Source of the DNA: a virus
Lineage: Duplodnaviria > Caudoviricetes
Virus record (IMG/VR): IMGVR_UViG_3300020016_000018
Coordinates: 1 to 43,014 of that record
Length of the DNA: 43,014 nucleotides
Reading direction: 5' to 3' (one strand)
The notes under the pieces are model-generated. The model made no database searches. It was given only the letters and a program-made list of their open reading frames with translations, and was not told the DNA's origin. Positions 19,439 through 27,365 of this stretch are shown in pieces; the first letter of the stretch is position 1, and every line of letters starts with the position of its first letter. A program made the translations under genes and the position numbers.

Positions 19439-19761
19439 TGGATGGCGGCGACGCTCTGGCCTGGTCCCGAACCTTCATGGATCAGAAGATCGCTGCGGCG
19501 AAGGCCGAGATGGCGGCTGAGTTCCAGGAGAAGATGGGTGAGAAGTTGGAGGAGGCACTGCCTTCTCCGGCTTCCCAGCCGCTCACCTTCGACATCAACT
19601 GGATCGACCCGGACCGTTCCCCGGTGATGTTCGTTGGCATCACCGGGTCGGGCATCGACAACGGCTTGCTCACTTTGCACGGTGACAAGATCACCCATCT
19701 GATCAACATGCGCGTGGTGTCGCACGTCAACATCTGGGAGGAGCACGATGACGGATCATGA
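19438..19761 (+). CDS. Hypothetical protein, 107 aa
   Basis: TGATG coupling to the upstream gene. Confidence 0.6.
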   Translation: MDGGDALAWSRTFMDQKIAAAKAEMAAEFQEKMGEKLEEALPSPASQPLTFDINWIDPDRSPVMFVGITGSGIDNGLLTLHGDKITHLINMRVVSHVNIWEEHDDGS

Positions 19762-19918
19762 GTCGTGCCGAGTGAGCGGATGTTGGGTGGCTCGCCTCCT
19801 GGAGTCGTCCACCGATCGATTGTGCCCCGCCGACTACTGCAAGGTTCGGGACACGATCACCGAGATGTTCACCCCCGGTGTGCTGGAGTCGTACTTGAAG
19901 GAGAAGACCCGTGGCTGA
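19748..19918 (+). CDS. Small Cys-containing protein, 56 aa (not in ORF track)
   Basis: GGAGGAG RBS; MTDHESCRVSGC...LCPADYCK; fills the gap between neighbours. Confidence 0.55.
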   Translation: MTDHESCRVSGCWVARLLESSTDRLCPADYCKVRDTITEMFTPGVLESYLKEKTRG

Positions 19919-20231
19919 CGACGACGACCTGATGACAGAGGAGGAGCAGGAGGCGTGGTGGGCCGAACAGGCCGAGAAACGGCTGGCCTACCTGAACACG
20001 CTGGATCAGGCGACGAAGGATCGGGCGGCGGCATGTCAACGGCGTGTCAGTGCCGCCATCCTCGCCGATCGTGACCTGAAGGCGCTCGGTGTCCCGGAGG
20101 ATGAGTACGGCTCCTGGTCAGTGTCCCTGATGCCGTGGCAGCGATACATGAACACCGAACTCGCCAACCAAGGACAGGAGAACATCCTCTGCAAGGGCAT
20201 CGCAATCTTCCCGGTGGTGAACCATGAGTGA
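19911..20231 (+). CDS. Hypothetical protein, 106 aa
   Basis: AAGGAG RBS; overlaps both neighbours. Confidence 0.6.
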   Translation: MADDDDLMTEEEQEAWWAEQAEKRLAYLNTLDQATKDRAAACQRRVSAAILADRDLKALGVPEDEYGSWSVSLMPWQRYMNTELANQGQENILCKGIAIFPVVNHE

Positions 20232-20487
20232 CCACCTGTTCGATGTGTCGGCGTACGGCGGGCTCGATCCGGTGTTGGTGGATGCCCCGTCGCCGCCGAC
20301 TGTTGAGCCGTACACCCCGCCGTGGGTACTGTTGGCGAACCGTCACGGTGTGATCGGTTTCCACTGGCCCCAGTCCTCGGACAATGGAACCGTGTTCAGC
20401 GAATGCGGGATGAAGGGCCACTCGGTCGCCCCACCGGAGACGATGGTGCGATGTTCGGTATGTGAACGATTGCGGCAGCTGCCGTGA
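20224..20487 (+). CDS. Hypothetical Zn-binding protein, 87 aa
   Basis: H...CG...CSVC motif. Confidence 0.6.
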   Translation: MSDHLFDVSAYGGLDPVLVDAPSPPTVEPYTPPWVLLANRHGVIGFHWPQSSDNGTVFSECGMKGHSVAPPETMVRCSVCERLRQLP

Positions 20488-20491
20488 ACGG

Positions 20492-20529
20492 AGAAGGCCC
20501 CAGGGGATCGCTTCCCTGGGGCCTTCTTC
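20492..20529 (+). terminator. Intrinsic terminator-like hairpin
   Basis: 14-bp stem AGAAGGCCCCAGGG/CCCTGGGGCCTTCT directly after a stop codon. Confidence 0.7.
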
Positions 20530-20610
20530 GTGAAAGGAACTCACGTAAACCCGTGTGACCCAACAACCCGAAAGGTCACGCACAAAACTTCAACAGAGAG
20601 GTTCTGCGAC

Positions 20611-22974
20611 ATGAACAATAACACGCCCATCGAGATGTTCGATGTGCTTTGGGCACCAGGGCAGCACAGCCTGTGCGTGCAAACCAACGGCCAGCCGTTC
20701 CGCACCTTCGGCTTCTACGACGACCCAGCCCACATGCTGACTGTCGCTCAGACGCTGCCCCCGGAGACGAACGTGTGGTGGGGCGTCCATGCGATGAGGT
20801 CGGTGGCGAAGGGCCGCGGCGGCTCGGACGACGTGGTGGCGGTGACGTGTCTGGCTGCGGATTTCGATTGGGCGGACCCGGAGGCGCACAAGGGGACGAC
20901 GCTGCCGTCGGAGGCCGAGGTCCGGTCGGCGGTGGCGCAGATTAGGGCGACGCCGACGATCATCGTGAACTCGGGCCACGGGCTCCAGGTGTATTGGGGT
21001 CTGGTGGAGGTGCTGAACGCGCACGACGGCCAGGTGCTGTCCGACGGGTTCTTCCGCTACATCGAGGAGACGTACGGCCTGCACAACGATCGCACCGATC
21101 TGGCGTCGGTGCTGCGCCTGCCAGGTTCGTTCAACAACAAGGCCGAACCGGTGGAGGTGGTGATCGAGTCGAACACCCGCCTGGGGTTCGAGGCCGGGTT
21201 CCTGCTCGCCCAGTTCTGGCGTCCCGAGCCGACGCCTGAGGTGCCGTCGCTCGCGACGGTACCACAGGCGGGTACCGGTCTCCGTGTCGGAGACCTGGGT
21301 TGGGACCCGGCGAACGATGGCGAGACGCCGTTCGACTGGCTGAACCGGACGTTCGATTCGGCGGCTGCGCTCCAGAGGCTGGGATGGTTGGAGGATCGGC
21401 GACACGGCAGCGAGGTGCAGTACGTGCGACCCGGCAAGGACCCGAGGCAGGGAACGTCAGCGACGTTGCACACGGACACGGGGGCTATCGCCATTTTCAC
21501 CACCAGCGTGGACACGATCTACTCCCAGGTGGGTCTGGCGGGGAGGGGGTGTTGGATTCTGAAGCCCGCCGATCTGTGGATGGTGGAGAACGGTGTCACC
21601 GATCGCTCGACGGCCAGCCGGATGATCCGGGCGATGATGCCGACACGGGAGGCGGGGACCTTGGCCTCGGTCCCCGCCGTCACCGTGCAGGGTGACAGCA
21701 CGGCTGCTGCCACGCCGTCGTCCGCGAACCTACCCGACGAGTTTTGGACGAAACGGCGATGGCTGTCCCACATCCGGGATGCCGCCCACAACCGGCAGGC
21801 CAGTGCGGATGCCATTTTGGGGGCGGTGATCGCACGGTACGCAGCGATGGTGCCCCCGATGTACCGGATACCGCCGATCGTGATGACGGCCTCCACGTTC
21901 GACCACATCAGCGTGCTGGTGGCGGAGTCGGCGGGTGGCAAGTCGGGGGCGATGGCGATTGCACGGGAACTTCTGCCCGGACAACAGGAACGCAAGGACC
22001 TGGTGTGGGAATGGCCGGTGTCGAGCGGGGAAGGGTTGGTGTCGGCGTTCTTCGAGATGGTGCAGGAGGAGGACTCGTCCGGCAAGAAGGTGATGAAGAA
22101 CAAGAAGACGAAGACGGCCGTCCACTTCTCGGTGGACGAAGCCCTCGGCCTGGTCAACCAGTCCCAGCGGCAGGGGACCACCATCGGTTCGGTCCTCTGC
22201 ACCGCCTGGTCGGGCGGTGATCCCGGACAGGGGAACGCTTCAGCAGACCGTCAACGGGTGGGCATGGTGCCGGGGTCGTACCGCATGGCAGGCGTCGCCG
22301 CCATCCAACTGTCGCTGGGCCACAAGCTGCTGGAAGACACGTTCGTCCAACAGGGCCTGTCCGGGCGGCTCGTGTTCTTCGCCGCCGAGGACGTGAATCT
22401 GCCTCACTGGACGGTGCGCCCAGACTGGCCAGGCCCGCTGAACCTGCCCATCCACCCCACCATGCCCGTGACAATTGAGTACGAGCGTTCTATTCATGAC
22501 GAGATTCTCGAACAGAACCACCAAAAGATGTCGAAAAAGGCGGTCGTCGCCCCAATCGACGGGCATTTGAACCTCGTCAAGCTGAAAATGGCGGGCATCT
22601 TCGCCCTGATGGACGACAGAACGGCGGTGACGGCAGACGATTGGGACCTCGCAGGGCTTGCTCTCAGTTCTCACCTGAACCTCCGAAACAAGATGCTGGC
22701 GATGCGCTCACAGCAGAATTATGAGAAGACTGTGACGGCCGCCACAGCCCAAGCGACCTTCGAAGACGTGAAAGAAGAGACCAAAGAACGCAAGGCATTG
22801 GCCCGTCTGCGGGACTCGATCATCCGCCACATTCCCCCAGAAGGGGTCGCCAGAGGGCAGCTGCGGAAGGTCACCACCTCGAAGGACACGAGGCACCGGT
22901 TCGACGCCGCCATGACAAAGGCACTCGAAGACGGGGCCATCACAATCATCGACGGACGTATCCACAGGGTGTAG
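20611..22974 (+). CDS. Primase-helicase (RepB-type AEP primase plus P-loop domain)
   Basis: AADFD, IVNSGHGLQVYW, VLRLPGSFNNK primase motifs; ESAGGKS Walker A, SSGEGL, VDE Walker B. Confidence 0.85.
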   Translation: MNNNTPIEMFDVLWAPGQHSLCVQTNGQPFRTFGFYDDPAHMLTVAQTLPPETNVWWGVHAMRSVAKGRGGSDDVVAVTCLAADFDWADPEAHKGTTLPSEAEVRSAVAQIRATPTIIVNSGHGLQVYWGLVEVLNAHDGQVLSDGFFRYIEETYGLHNDRTDLASVLRLPGSFNNKAEPVEVVIESNTRLGFEAGFLLAQFWRPEPTPEVPSLATVPQAGTGLRVGDLGWDPANDGETPFDWLNRTFDSAAALQRLGWLEDRRHGSEVQYVRPGKDPRQGTSATLHTDTGAIAIFTTSVDTIYSQVGLAGRGCWILKPADLWMVENGVTDRSTASRMIRAMMPTREAGTLASVPAVTVQGDSTAAATPSSANLPDEFWTKRRWLSHIRDAAHNRQASADAILGAVIARYAAMVPPMYRIPPIVMTASTFDHISVLVAESAGGKSGAMAIARELLPGQQERKDLVWEWPVSSGEGLVSAFFEMVQEEDSSGKKVMKNKKTKTAVHFSVDEALGLVNQSQRQGTTIGSVLCTAWSGGDPGQGNASADRQRVGMVPGSYRMAGVAAIQLSLGHKLLEDTFVQQGLSGRLVFFAAEDVNLPHWTVRPDWPGPLNLPIHPTMPVTIEYERSIHDEILEQNHQKMSKKAVVAPIDGHLNLVKLKMAGIFALMDDRTAVTADDWDLAGLALSSHLNLRNKMLAMRSQQNYEKTVTAATAQATFEDVKEETKERKALARLRDSIIRHIPPEGVARGQLRKVTTSKDTRHRFDAAMTKALEDGAITIIDGRIHRV

Positions 22975-23126
22975 GGGTGGAAGGGTGGAAGCTTCCACCC
23001 TCACCCCCTGTCTCCATCTCCCTACGCGAGTCCGTTGAAGTGGTGTTATTCAGTCTCATTCTCACCGTCCACTCCACCCGAGGGGTGGAAGCTTCCACCC
23101 TCTTCCACCCCTTTATCCACAGGGTG
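22958..23126. repeat. Origin-like iteron/palindrome cluster
   Basis: GGGTGGAAGCTTCCACCC palindromes at 22983 and 23083; extra GGGTGGAA/TTCCACCC half-sites; TATCCACAGGGTG at 22959 and 23114; perfect TTATCCACA at 23113. Confidence 0.7.
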
Positions 23127-23370
23127 AGACCACTCACTCTCCGACCCCTTGTCACTCCGATCTACCCACCAGCAACTTGACTAGGGTACGAGGGCATAGA
23201 GGTCACTTTCACAACCTCATAAAAAATGGCTGGCAGTCCTACTACCCTATATAAAGATATGGTAGGGGGAGGGGCCCCTACCCCCCCCCTGGGGGGTAGA
23301 CCATGCGATCGGACCACCCCCCCCCCTAGGACCTGATAGAGTGATGGCATCGAGTTGAGCGGTTCCCATA

Positions 23371-23389
23371 CCTTTGCACCATGCAAAGG
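23371..23389. repeat. 19-bp palindrome copy 2 (one mismatch)
   Basis: CCTTTGCACCATGCAAAGG, 33 nt before the Ala-rich gene. Confidence 0.9.
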
Positions 23390-23422
23390 TGCCGATGCTC
23401 TCGATGAAAGAGAACCCATCCC

Positions 23423-24286
23423 ATGACGAACACACAAGACACCATCACCCCTGCTGCCATCGCTGCAGGTTCGAAGCTGGCAGCAGCGCTGTCGGCCGTT
23501 ACCACTGCTGACGGATCGTTCCGTCAAGCGCAAGGGCTGGCGCTGCCAGCGCTGGCCGACAGCTACGTCAAGTTCGCTGCTGCTGGCATCGCTGCTGTCA
23601 TCGCGTGTGGCGTCAGCGTGGCTGCTGACAGCGATGCCAGCGCCATCGGCAAGGCTGTGCGCGAGGCTCGCGACACGATCGCTGCCGATGCTGTCGGCGA
23701 TGCTGGCGCTCTCCGCGATCTGCTGGCATCGCTGACGGGTGTCGGCGCTGCTAACGGCTCGCGGTGGTCTCGTGCCATCGCGGTCCGCAATGCCATCGGC
23801 AAGGCCGATGGCAGTGGCGCACGTGCTGCCGATGTCAAGCGGTTCGTCTCGCTGCACATCGATCGCGATGACGTCACCATCGGCATCGCGATGCTGGCCA
23901 AGTGGTGCGGTGCTGGCGCTGCCGATGCGCTGCCGACAGCTACCCGTCAGTCTCCGAACGCTGGCGATGCTGACAGCAGCGATGCTGGCAGCAGCACCAC
24001 TGGCAGCACCACTGGCGCTGGCGCTGGCAGCAGCGCTGCTGTCCCGACAGCGCCGATGGCGCTGGCGCAAGCGGTAGAGGCGATGCACCGTGGCAGCGAT
24101 GATGCCAGCTTGGAAGCTGTCATCGCTGCCGCTCCCATCGATGTCGCGGCCCTGCCGGATGACGTGGCATCGGCGCTGCTGGCAGCGCTGCTGGCCAGCG
24201 TCGAAATGGCGCGCCGTGCCGATGCCAGCATCGATGCGCCAGCGCCACTGGCAGCGCTGGCAGCGCTGGCCACTGCTGGCAAGTGA
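23423..24286 (+). CDS. Ala-rich hypothetical protein, 287 aa, first gene of the accessory region
   Basis: GAAAGAG RBS; ORF followed by hairpins; unusual GCT/GAT-rich codon use. Confidence 0.65.
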   Translation: MTNTQDTITPAAIAAGSKLAAALSAVTTADGSFRQAQGLALPALADSYVKFAAAGIAAVIACGVSVAADSDASAIGKAVREARDTIAADAVGDAGALRDLLASLTGVGAANGSRWSRAIAVRNAIGKADGSGARAADVKRFVSLHIDRDDVTIGIAMLAKWCGAGAADALPTATRQSPNAGDADSSDAGSSTTGSTTGAGAGSSAAVPTAPMALAQAVEAMHRGSDDASLEAVIAAAPIDVAALPDDVASALLAALLASVEMARRADASIDAPAPLAALAALATAGK

Positions 24287-24316
24287 TCACCCGCGGCCCT
24301 GCCGCTTGAACACCTA

Positions 24317-24396
24317 GACGATGCCCCGACCCTAGTGGTCGGGGCATCGTCGCGTCTCGACACATGATGCCGCCGCCCATATCGGGCGGCGGCATC
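24317..24396 (+). terminator. Two tandem hairpins after the Ala-rich gene
   Basis: 15-bp stem at 24317-24351 and 13-bp stem at 24366-24396, each with a 5-nt loop. Confidence 0.6.
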
Positions 24397-24408
24397 GTCG
24401 CGTCCCCC

Positions 24409-24431
24409 GACCTTTGCACCGTGCAAAGGTC
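24409..24431. repeat. 19-bp palindrome copy 3 (11-bp arms)
   Basis: GACCTTTGCACCGTGCAAAGGTC. Confidence 0.95.
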
Positions 24432-24520
24432 CATGTCGGCTCACACGGGACACACCGCACCGACCGAGAAATCGGGATTTCCACACGCATCGACCGAACA
24501 CCCCAACCCATAAGGAAGCC

Positions 24521-24721
24521 ATGAAGCACTACACAACCCGCACCATCGTCCAACTGGACAGCCTCATCGACCGCTACGAAACACTCGTGGTCGAGTACCT
24601 CTACATGATGGACCGACCCATGTCGGCCGGTCTCTACATCGACGTGTTCGCCGCCTACTCAGGCTGCGTCGCCACCCTGACCGAATACGAGGCGGAGCGT
24701 GACCAGCGCCTCACGTTCTGA
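24521..24721 (+). CDS. Hypothetical protein, 66 aa
   Basis: TAAGGA RBS; bounded by palindrome copies 3 and 4. Confidence 0.65.
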   Translation: MKHYTTRTIVQLDSLIDRYETLVVEYLYMMDRPMSAGLYIDVFAAYSGCVATLTEYEAERDQRLTF

Positions 24722-24736
24722 CCTCACGAACCCCTG

Positions 24737-24755
24737 CCTTTGCACCGTGCAAAGG
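24737..24755. repeat. 19-bp palindrome copy 4
   Basis: CCTTTGCACCGTGCAAAGG, 15 nt after a stop; extendable over 24730-24762 with two G-U pairs. Confidence 0.95.
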
Positions 24756-24819
24756 TGGGGGTGGGGGGTGTCAGGTCTTATTTGTGTTTTTCGGCTCACA
24801 CCGACCGACCGGCGACCGC

Positions 24820-25197
24820 ATGAATGTCGATGACCTGACACGGACCGTCCGCACCAACATCACCGTCTGCGCGTGTGGTTGCTGGGTGTGGACCGGTTCC
24901 CTCGACTCGAACGGTTACGCCAAGTTCAAGCTGCGTGGCAAGACCACAGTGGCTCACCGCTACGTGTGGGACCACTTCTACCCCGATTCACCCCTGGCGG
25001 GCTACGACGACACCATCGACCACCTGTGTGACCGGCATCGTGCCTGTCTCAACCCATCCCATATGGAACGTGTGACTCGTTCCGTGAACTCTTCTCGTGC
25101 CAACGACCGTCGCTGGCACCAACCGATCCCCGACCGCGCCTTGTGTGATGTCGGTGAAACCCAAACAACCCAACCCAGAAAGAAGCAACAACCATGA
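24820..25197 (+). CDS. HNH endonuclease
   Basis: CWVWTG...GY...AHR..W...IDHLC....CLNPSHM..VT..N. Confidence 0.9.
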   Translation: MNVDDLTRTVRTNITVCACGCWVWTGSLDSNGYAKFKLRGKTTVAHRYVWDHFYPDSPLAGYDDTIDHLCDRHRACLNPSHMERVTRSVNSSRANDRRWHQPIPDRALCDVGETQTTQPRKKQQP

Positions 25198-25529
25198 ACA
25201 CCTCCGCAATGCCCCGCAATGCAATGCCCTCCACGATGGAGCACCTCGGTGCCTGGTACGCCGGTCACAAGTTCGGTTCGGCGTTCTCCTACGTCACCGT
25301 CAACAACTACGTGACCGACGAACAAGGCGTCTGCCTCGCTGCCACGTTCAACGTGTACAACGAGGTTTCGACCGAGATCGGCAAGGTCATGTTCGACCAC
25401 GCCGCTGCCGGTGATGGCTGGTCGTTCAGCGCCCAGTGCAAGGCTCGCAACGCCAGTGGCTCCGGCCGCTGCCAGCGCATCGCCCTGGACGCCTTGTGCG
25501 CCCATCATCAGGGCTGGGTGGCGTCATGA
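25194..25529 (+). CDS. Hypothetical protein, 111 aa
   Basis: C/A-rich leader; C-terminal C..C..C..H. Confidence 0.6.
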   Translation: MNTSAMPRNAMPSTMEHLGAWYAGHKFGSAFSYVTVNNYVTDEQGVCLAATFNVYNEVSTEIGKVMFDHAAAGDGWSFSAQCKARNASGSGRCQRIALDALCAHHQGWVAS

Positions 25530-25750
25530 AGCGCATCATCCTGTTGGGCCTCCTGGCCCTGCCCCTGGCGGGCTGCGACATCATCCGTGTCGCTGAGTAC
25601 ACGCACAAGTTCAACGCCGACGGCGACGACATCGTGATCGTGGTCATGGACGACACAACACCCGGATGGGAGTTGCGTTGCGAAGACATGGGCGGCAAGC
25701 CCGAAATTGACGCCGATGGCGTCGCGACCTGCTTCAACATCGACAAGTGA
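25526..25750 (+). CDS. Small lipoprotein, 74 aa
   Basis: ATGA coupling; MKRIILLGLLALPLAGC signal peptide with lipobox. Confidence 0.75.
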   Translation: MKRIILLGLLALPLAGCDIIRVAEYTHKFNADGDDIVIVVMDDTTPGWELRCEDMGGKPEIDADGVATCFNIDK

Positions 25751-25754
25751 TTCG

Positions 25755-25791
25755 AACGCCCGACCTTTGCACCGTGCAAAGGTCGGGCGTT
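25755..25791. repeat. 19-bp palindrome copy 5, extended to perfect 18-bp arms
   Basis: AACGCCCGACCTTTGCAC-C-GTGCAAAGGTCGGGCGTT. Confidence 0.95.
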
Positions 25792-25831
25792 TCCGCATAC
25801 CCCAAACAACCCAACCCCGAAAGGAACCCGA

Positions 25832-26122
25832 ATGAGCAACAACCCTGAAAATCGGCTCACACCCACCCCACCGACCGTCTGGCAATTGCAGGCGGAGATC
25901 GCCCTTCTCCGGGAGATCGTGTACCAGATGACCCAAACCTTGGAGGCTCAAGTTGCCTACACCGAGCGCCTCGATGACCTGTGGCGCCAGCACCTGCTGG
26001 AAGCGGCCGCAGGCGACGTGTACACCGCTTTCCTGGGCAAGGACGAACCGGACGCCTACGACGTGTGGGAGGTCGACCAGTGGAAGACCGACCTCACCCT
26101 CACGTACCGGACGGAGCCATGA
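25832..26122 (+). CDS. Hypothetical protein, 96 aa
   Basis: GAAAGGA RBS. Confidence 0.65.
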   Translation: MSNNPENRLTPTPPTVWQLQAEIALLREIVYQMTQTLEAQVAYTERLDDLWRQHLLEAAAGDVYTAFLGKDEPDAYDVWEVDQWKTDLTLTYRTEP

Positions 26123-26244
26123 TGCTCCAGATCGCAACGATCGCCGTTGCTGTCGCTCTGATCGCTGACCAGGTGGAGATCACCTTGTGGGAGATCAGAC
26201 GTGACCGTTTGCAAGCTGCGATGCGACGGCGGCGACGCCGATGA
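26119..26244 (+). CDS. Small membrane-anchored protein, 41 aa
   Basis: GGAG RBS, ATGA coupling; hydrophobic N-terminus and poly-Arg C-terminus. Confidence 0.55.
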   Translation: MMLQIATIAVAVALIADQVEITLWEIRRDRLQAAMRRRRRR

Positions 26245-26351
26245 CCGGTGGCTGGTCGAACATCATGGTCATCCTGTGGGTGACCGGTATCCCATTGTTC
26301 CTGCTGGTAGCAGGAATCGTTTCGCTCTTTGAGCGTTTCAAAAGCAAATAG
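26241..26351 (+). CDS. Single-TM microprotein, 36 aa (not in ORF track)
   Basis: ATGA coupling; MTGGWSNIMVILWVTGIPLFLLVAGIVSLFERFKSK; stop lies 4 nt before a palindrome. Confidence 0.6.
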   Translation: MTGGWSNIMVILWVTGIPLFLLVAGIVSLFERFKSK

Positions 26352-26355
26352 ATCC

Positions 26356-26374
26356 CCTTTGCACCGTGCAAAGG
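26356..26374. repeat. 19-bp palindrome copy 6
   Basis: CCTTTGCACCGTGCAAAGG. Confidence 0.95.
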
Positions 26375-26377
26375 TTG

Positions 26378-26409
26378 AAGGACCCCTCGCTTCGGCGGGG
26401 GGTCCTTTT
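26378..26409 (+). terminator. Intrinsic terminator
   Basis: 13-bp stem, cTTCGg loop, T-tract. Confidence 0.8.
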
Positions 26410-26452
26410 GTATATCCCAACACCCAAACAGCCAAGAAAGGCACGAATAACC

Positions 26453-26893
26453 ATGAATCCGATTGACAACATTTGGAATGCGATGGAACTCATCGCCACG
26501 GGGGACACCGACACCGCACTCGGCATCCTTTGGCGCGTGCAGGGTCACCTGCAACGTGCTGAGAGGGAGGCACTCGGCGTCATGTCGATGGATGAGGTGA
26601 ACGCCAGCATCCGAGACAGCATCCGCAAGATCGCTGACACGCGTGAAGCAGTCGACAAAGAAATGTCCACCTACCCCGGACAGAAGCTGCCTGCGATGAA
26701 GCCGATCAACGGCAAACCGAAACGCATCGCCCCGAACAGTGTCATCGGTGTGTCGTGCCCACGCTGTGGTGCCAAGCCACACCAACCCTGTTTCGGGATG
26801 ACCATGCCGGGGCGTCACGCCCAGGTGGACACGTCCAAGACGATCGCCACCTTCCACCAGGCACGCCAAGACAAGGCCAGGAAGAAGGCATGA
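26453..26893 (+). CDS. Protein with C-terminal phage Zn-finger, 146 aa
   Basis: GAAAGG RBS; VSCPRCGAKPHQPC...FHQAR. Confidence 0.7.
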   Translation: MNPIDNIWNAMELIATGDTDTALGILWRVQGHLQRAEREALGVMSMDEVNASIRDSIRKIADTREAVDKEMSTYPGQKLPAMKPINGKPKRIAPNSVIGVSCPRCGAKPHQPCFGMTMPGRHAQVDTSKTIATFHQARQDKARKKA

Positions 26894-27201
26894 GCGAGGA
26901 AATCCAGAAGTGGGGCTCCATCCTCGCCACCGGCAAGGTGATGTACGACCCGAAACTTCAGGCCACCATCATCCCGTGGATGGACCAGTACCACACGTAT
27001 GTCGGCTTCGCCTACCGCTTCGATGACCCGAAGAAAGAGGATCGGCTCATCTATGTGGTACCTGTGGAAGGGCAACTGACCTTCCGTGTCCATCGCACCA
27101 CCGTGCGGTTCGACAACAGGTTCCGTACACCCACCGTGAAGCTGGGCACACCGATTGACCCGGACACCGATCCGATTGTCAGTGGATTCAACATCGACTG
27201 A
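26890..27201 (+). CDS. Hypothetical protein, 103 aa
   Basis: ATGA coupling; the TGA abuts palindrome copy 7. Confidence 0.65.
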   Translation: MSEEIQKWGSILATGKVMYDPKLQATIIPWMDQYHTYVGFAYRFDDPKKEDRLIYVVPVEGQLTFRVHRTTVRFDNRFRTPTVKLGTPIDPDTDPIVSGFNID

Positions 27202-27220
27202 CCTTTGCACGGTGCAAAGG
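27202..27220. repeat. 19-bp palindrome copy 7
   Basis: CCTTTGCACGGTGCAAAGG directly after TGA. Confidence 0.95.
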
Positions 27221-27279
27221 TGCGTGGGTCGGCTCCCACCGCCCACCACAACCGAATACGAAATGCCAATGGACGTTTG

Positions 27280-27307
27280 CCCCCCGACCGAATGGTCGGG
27301 GGGTTTT
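27280..27307 (+). terminator. Intrinsic terminator
   Basis: CCCCCCGACC-GAAT-GGTCGGGGGG-TTTT. Confidence 0.8.
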
Positions 27308-27365
27308 CGTCTTTCTGCATTTCCGCAGGAAGAAAACAACCCAACCAGTCCCGAAAGGACAAACA

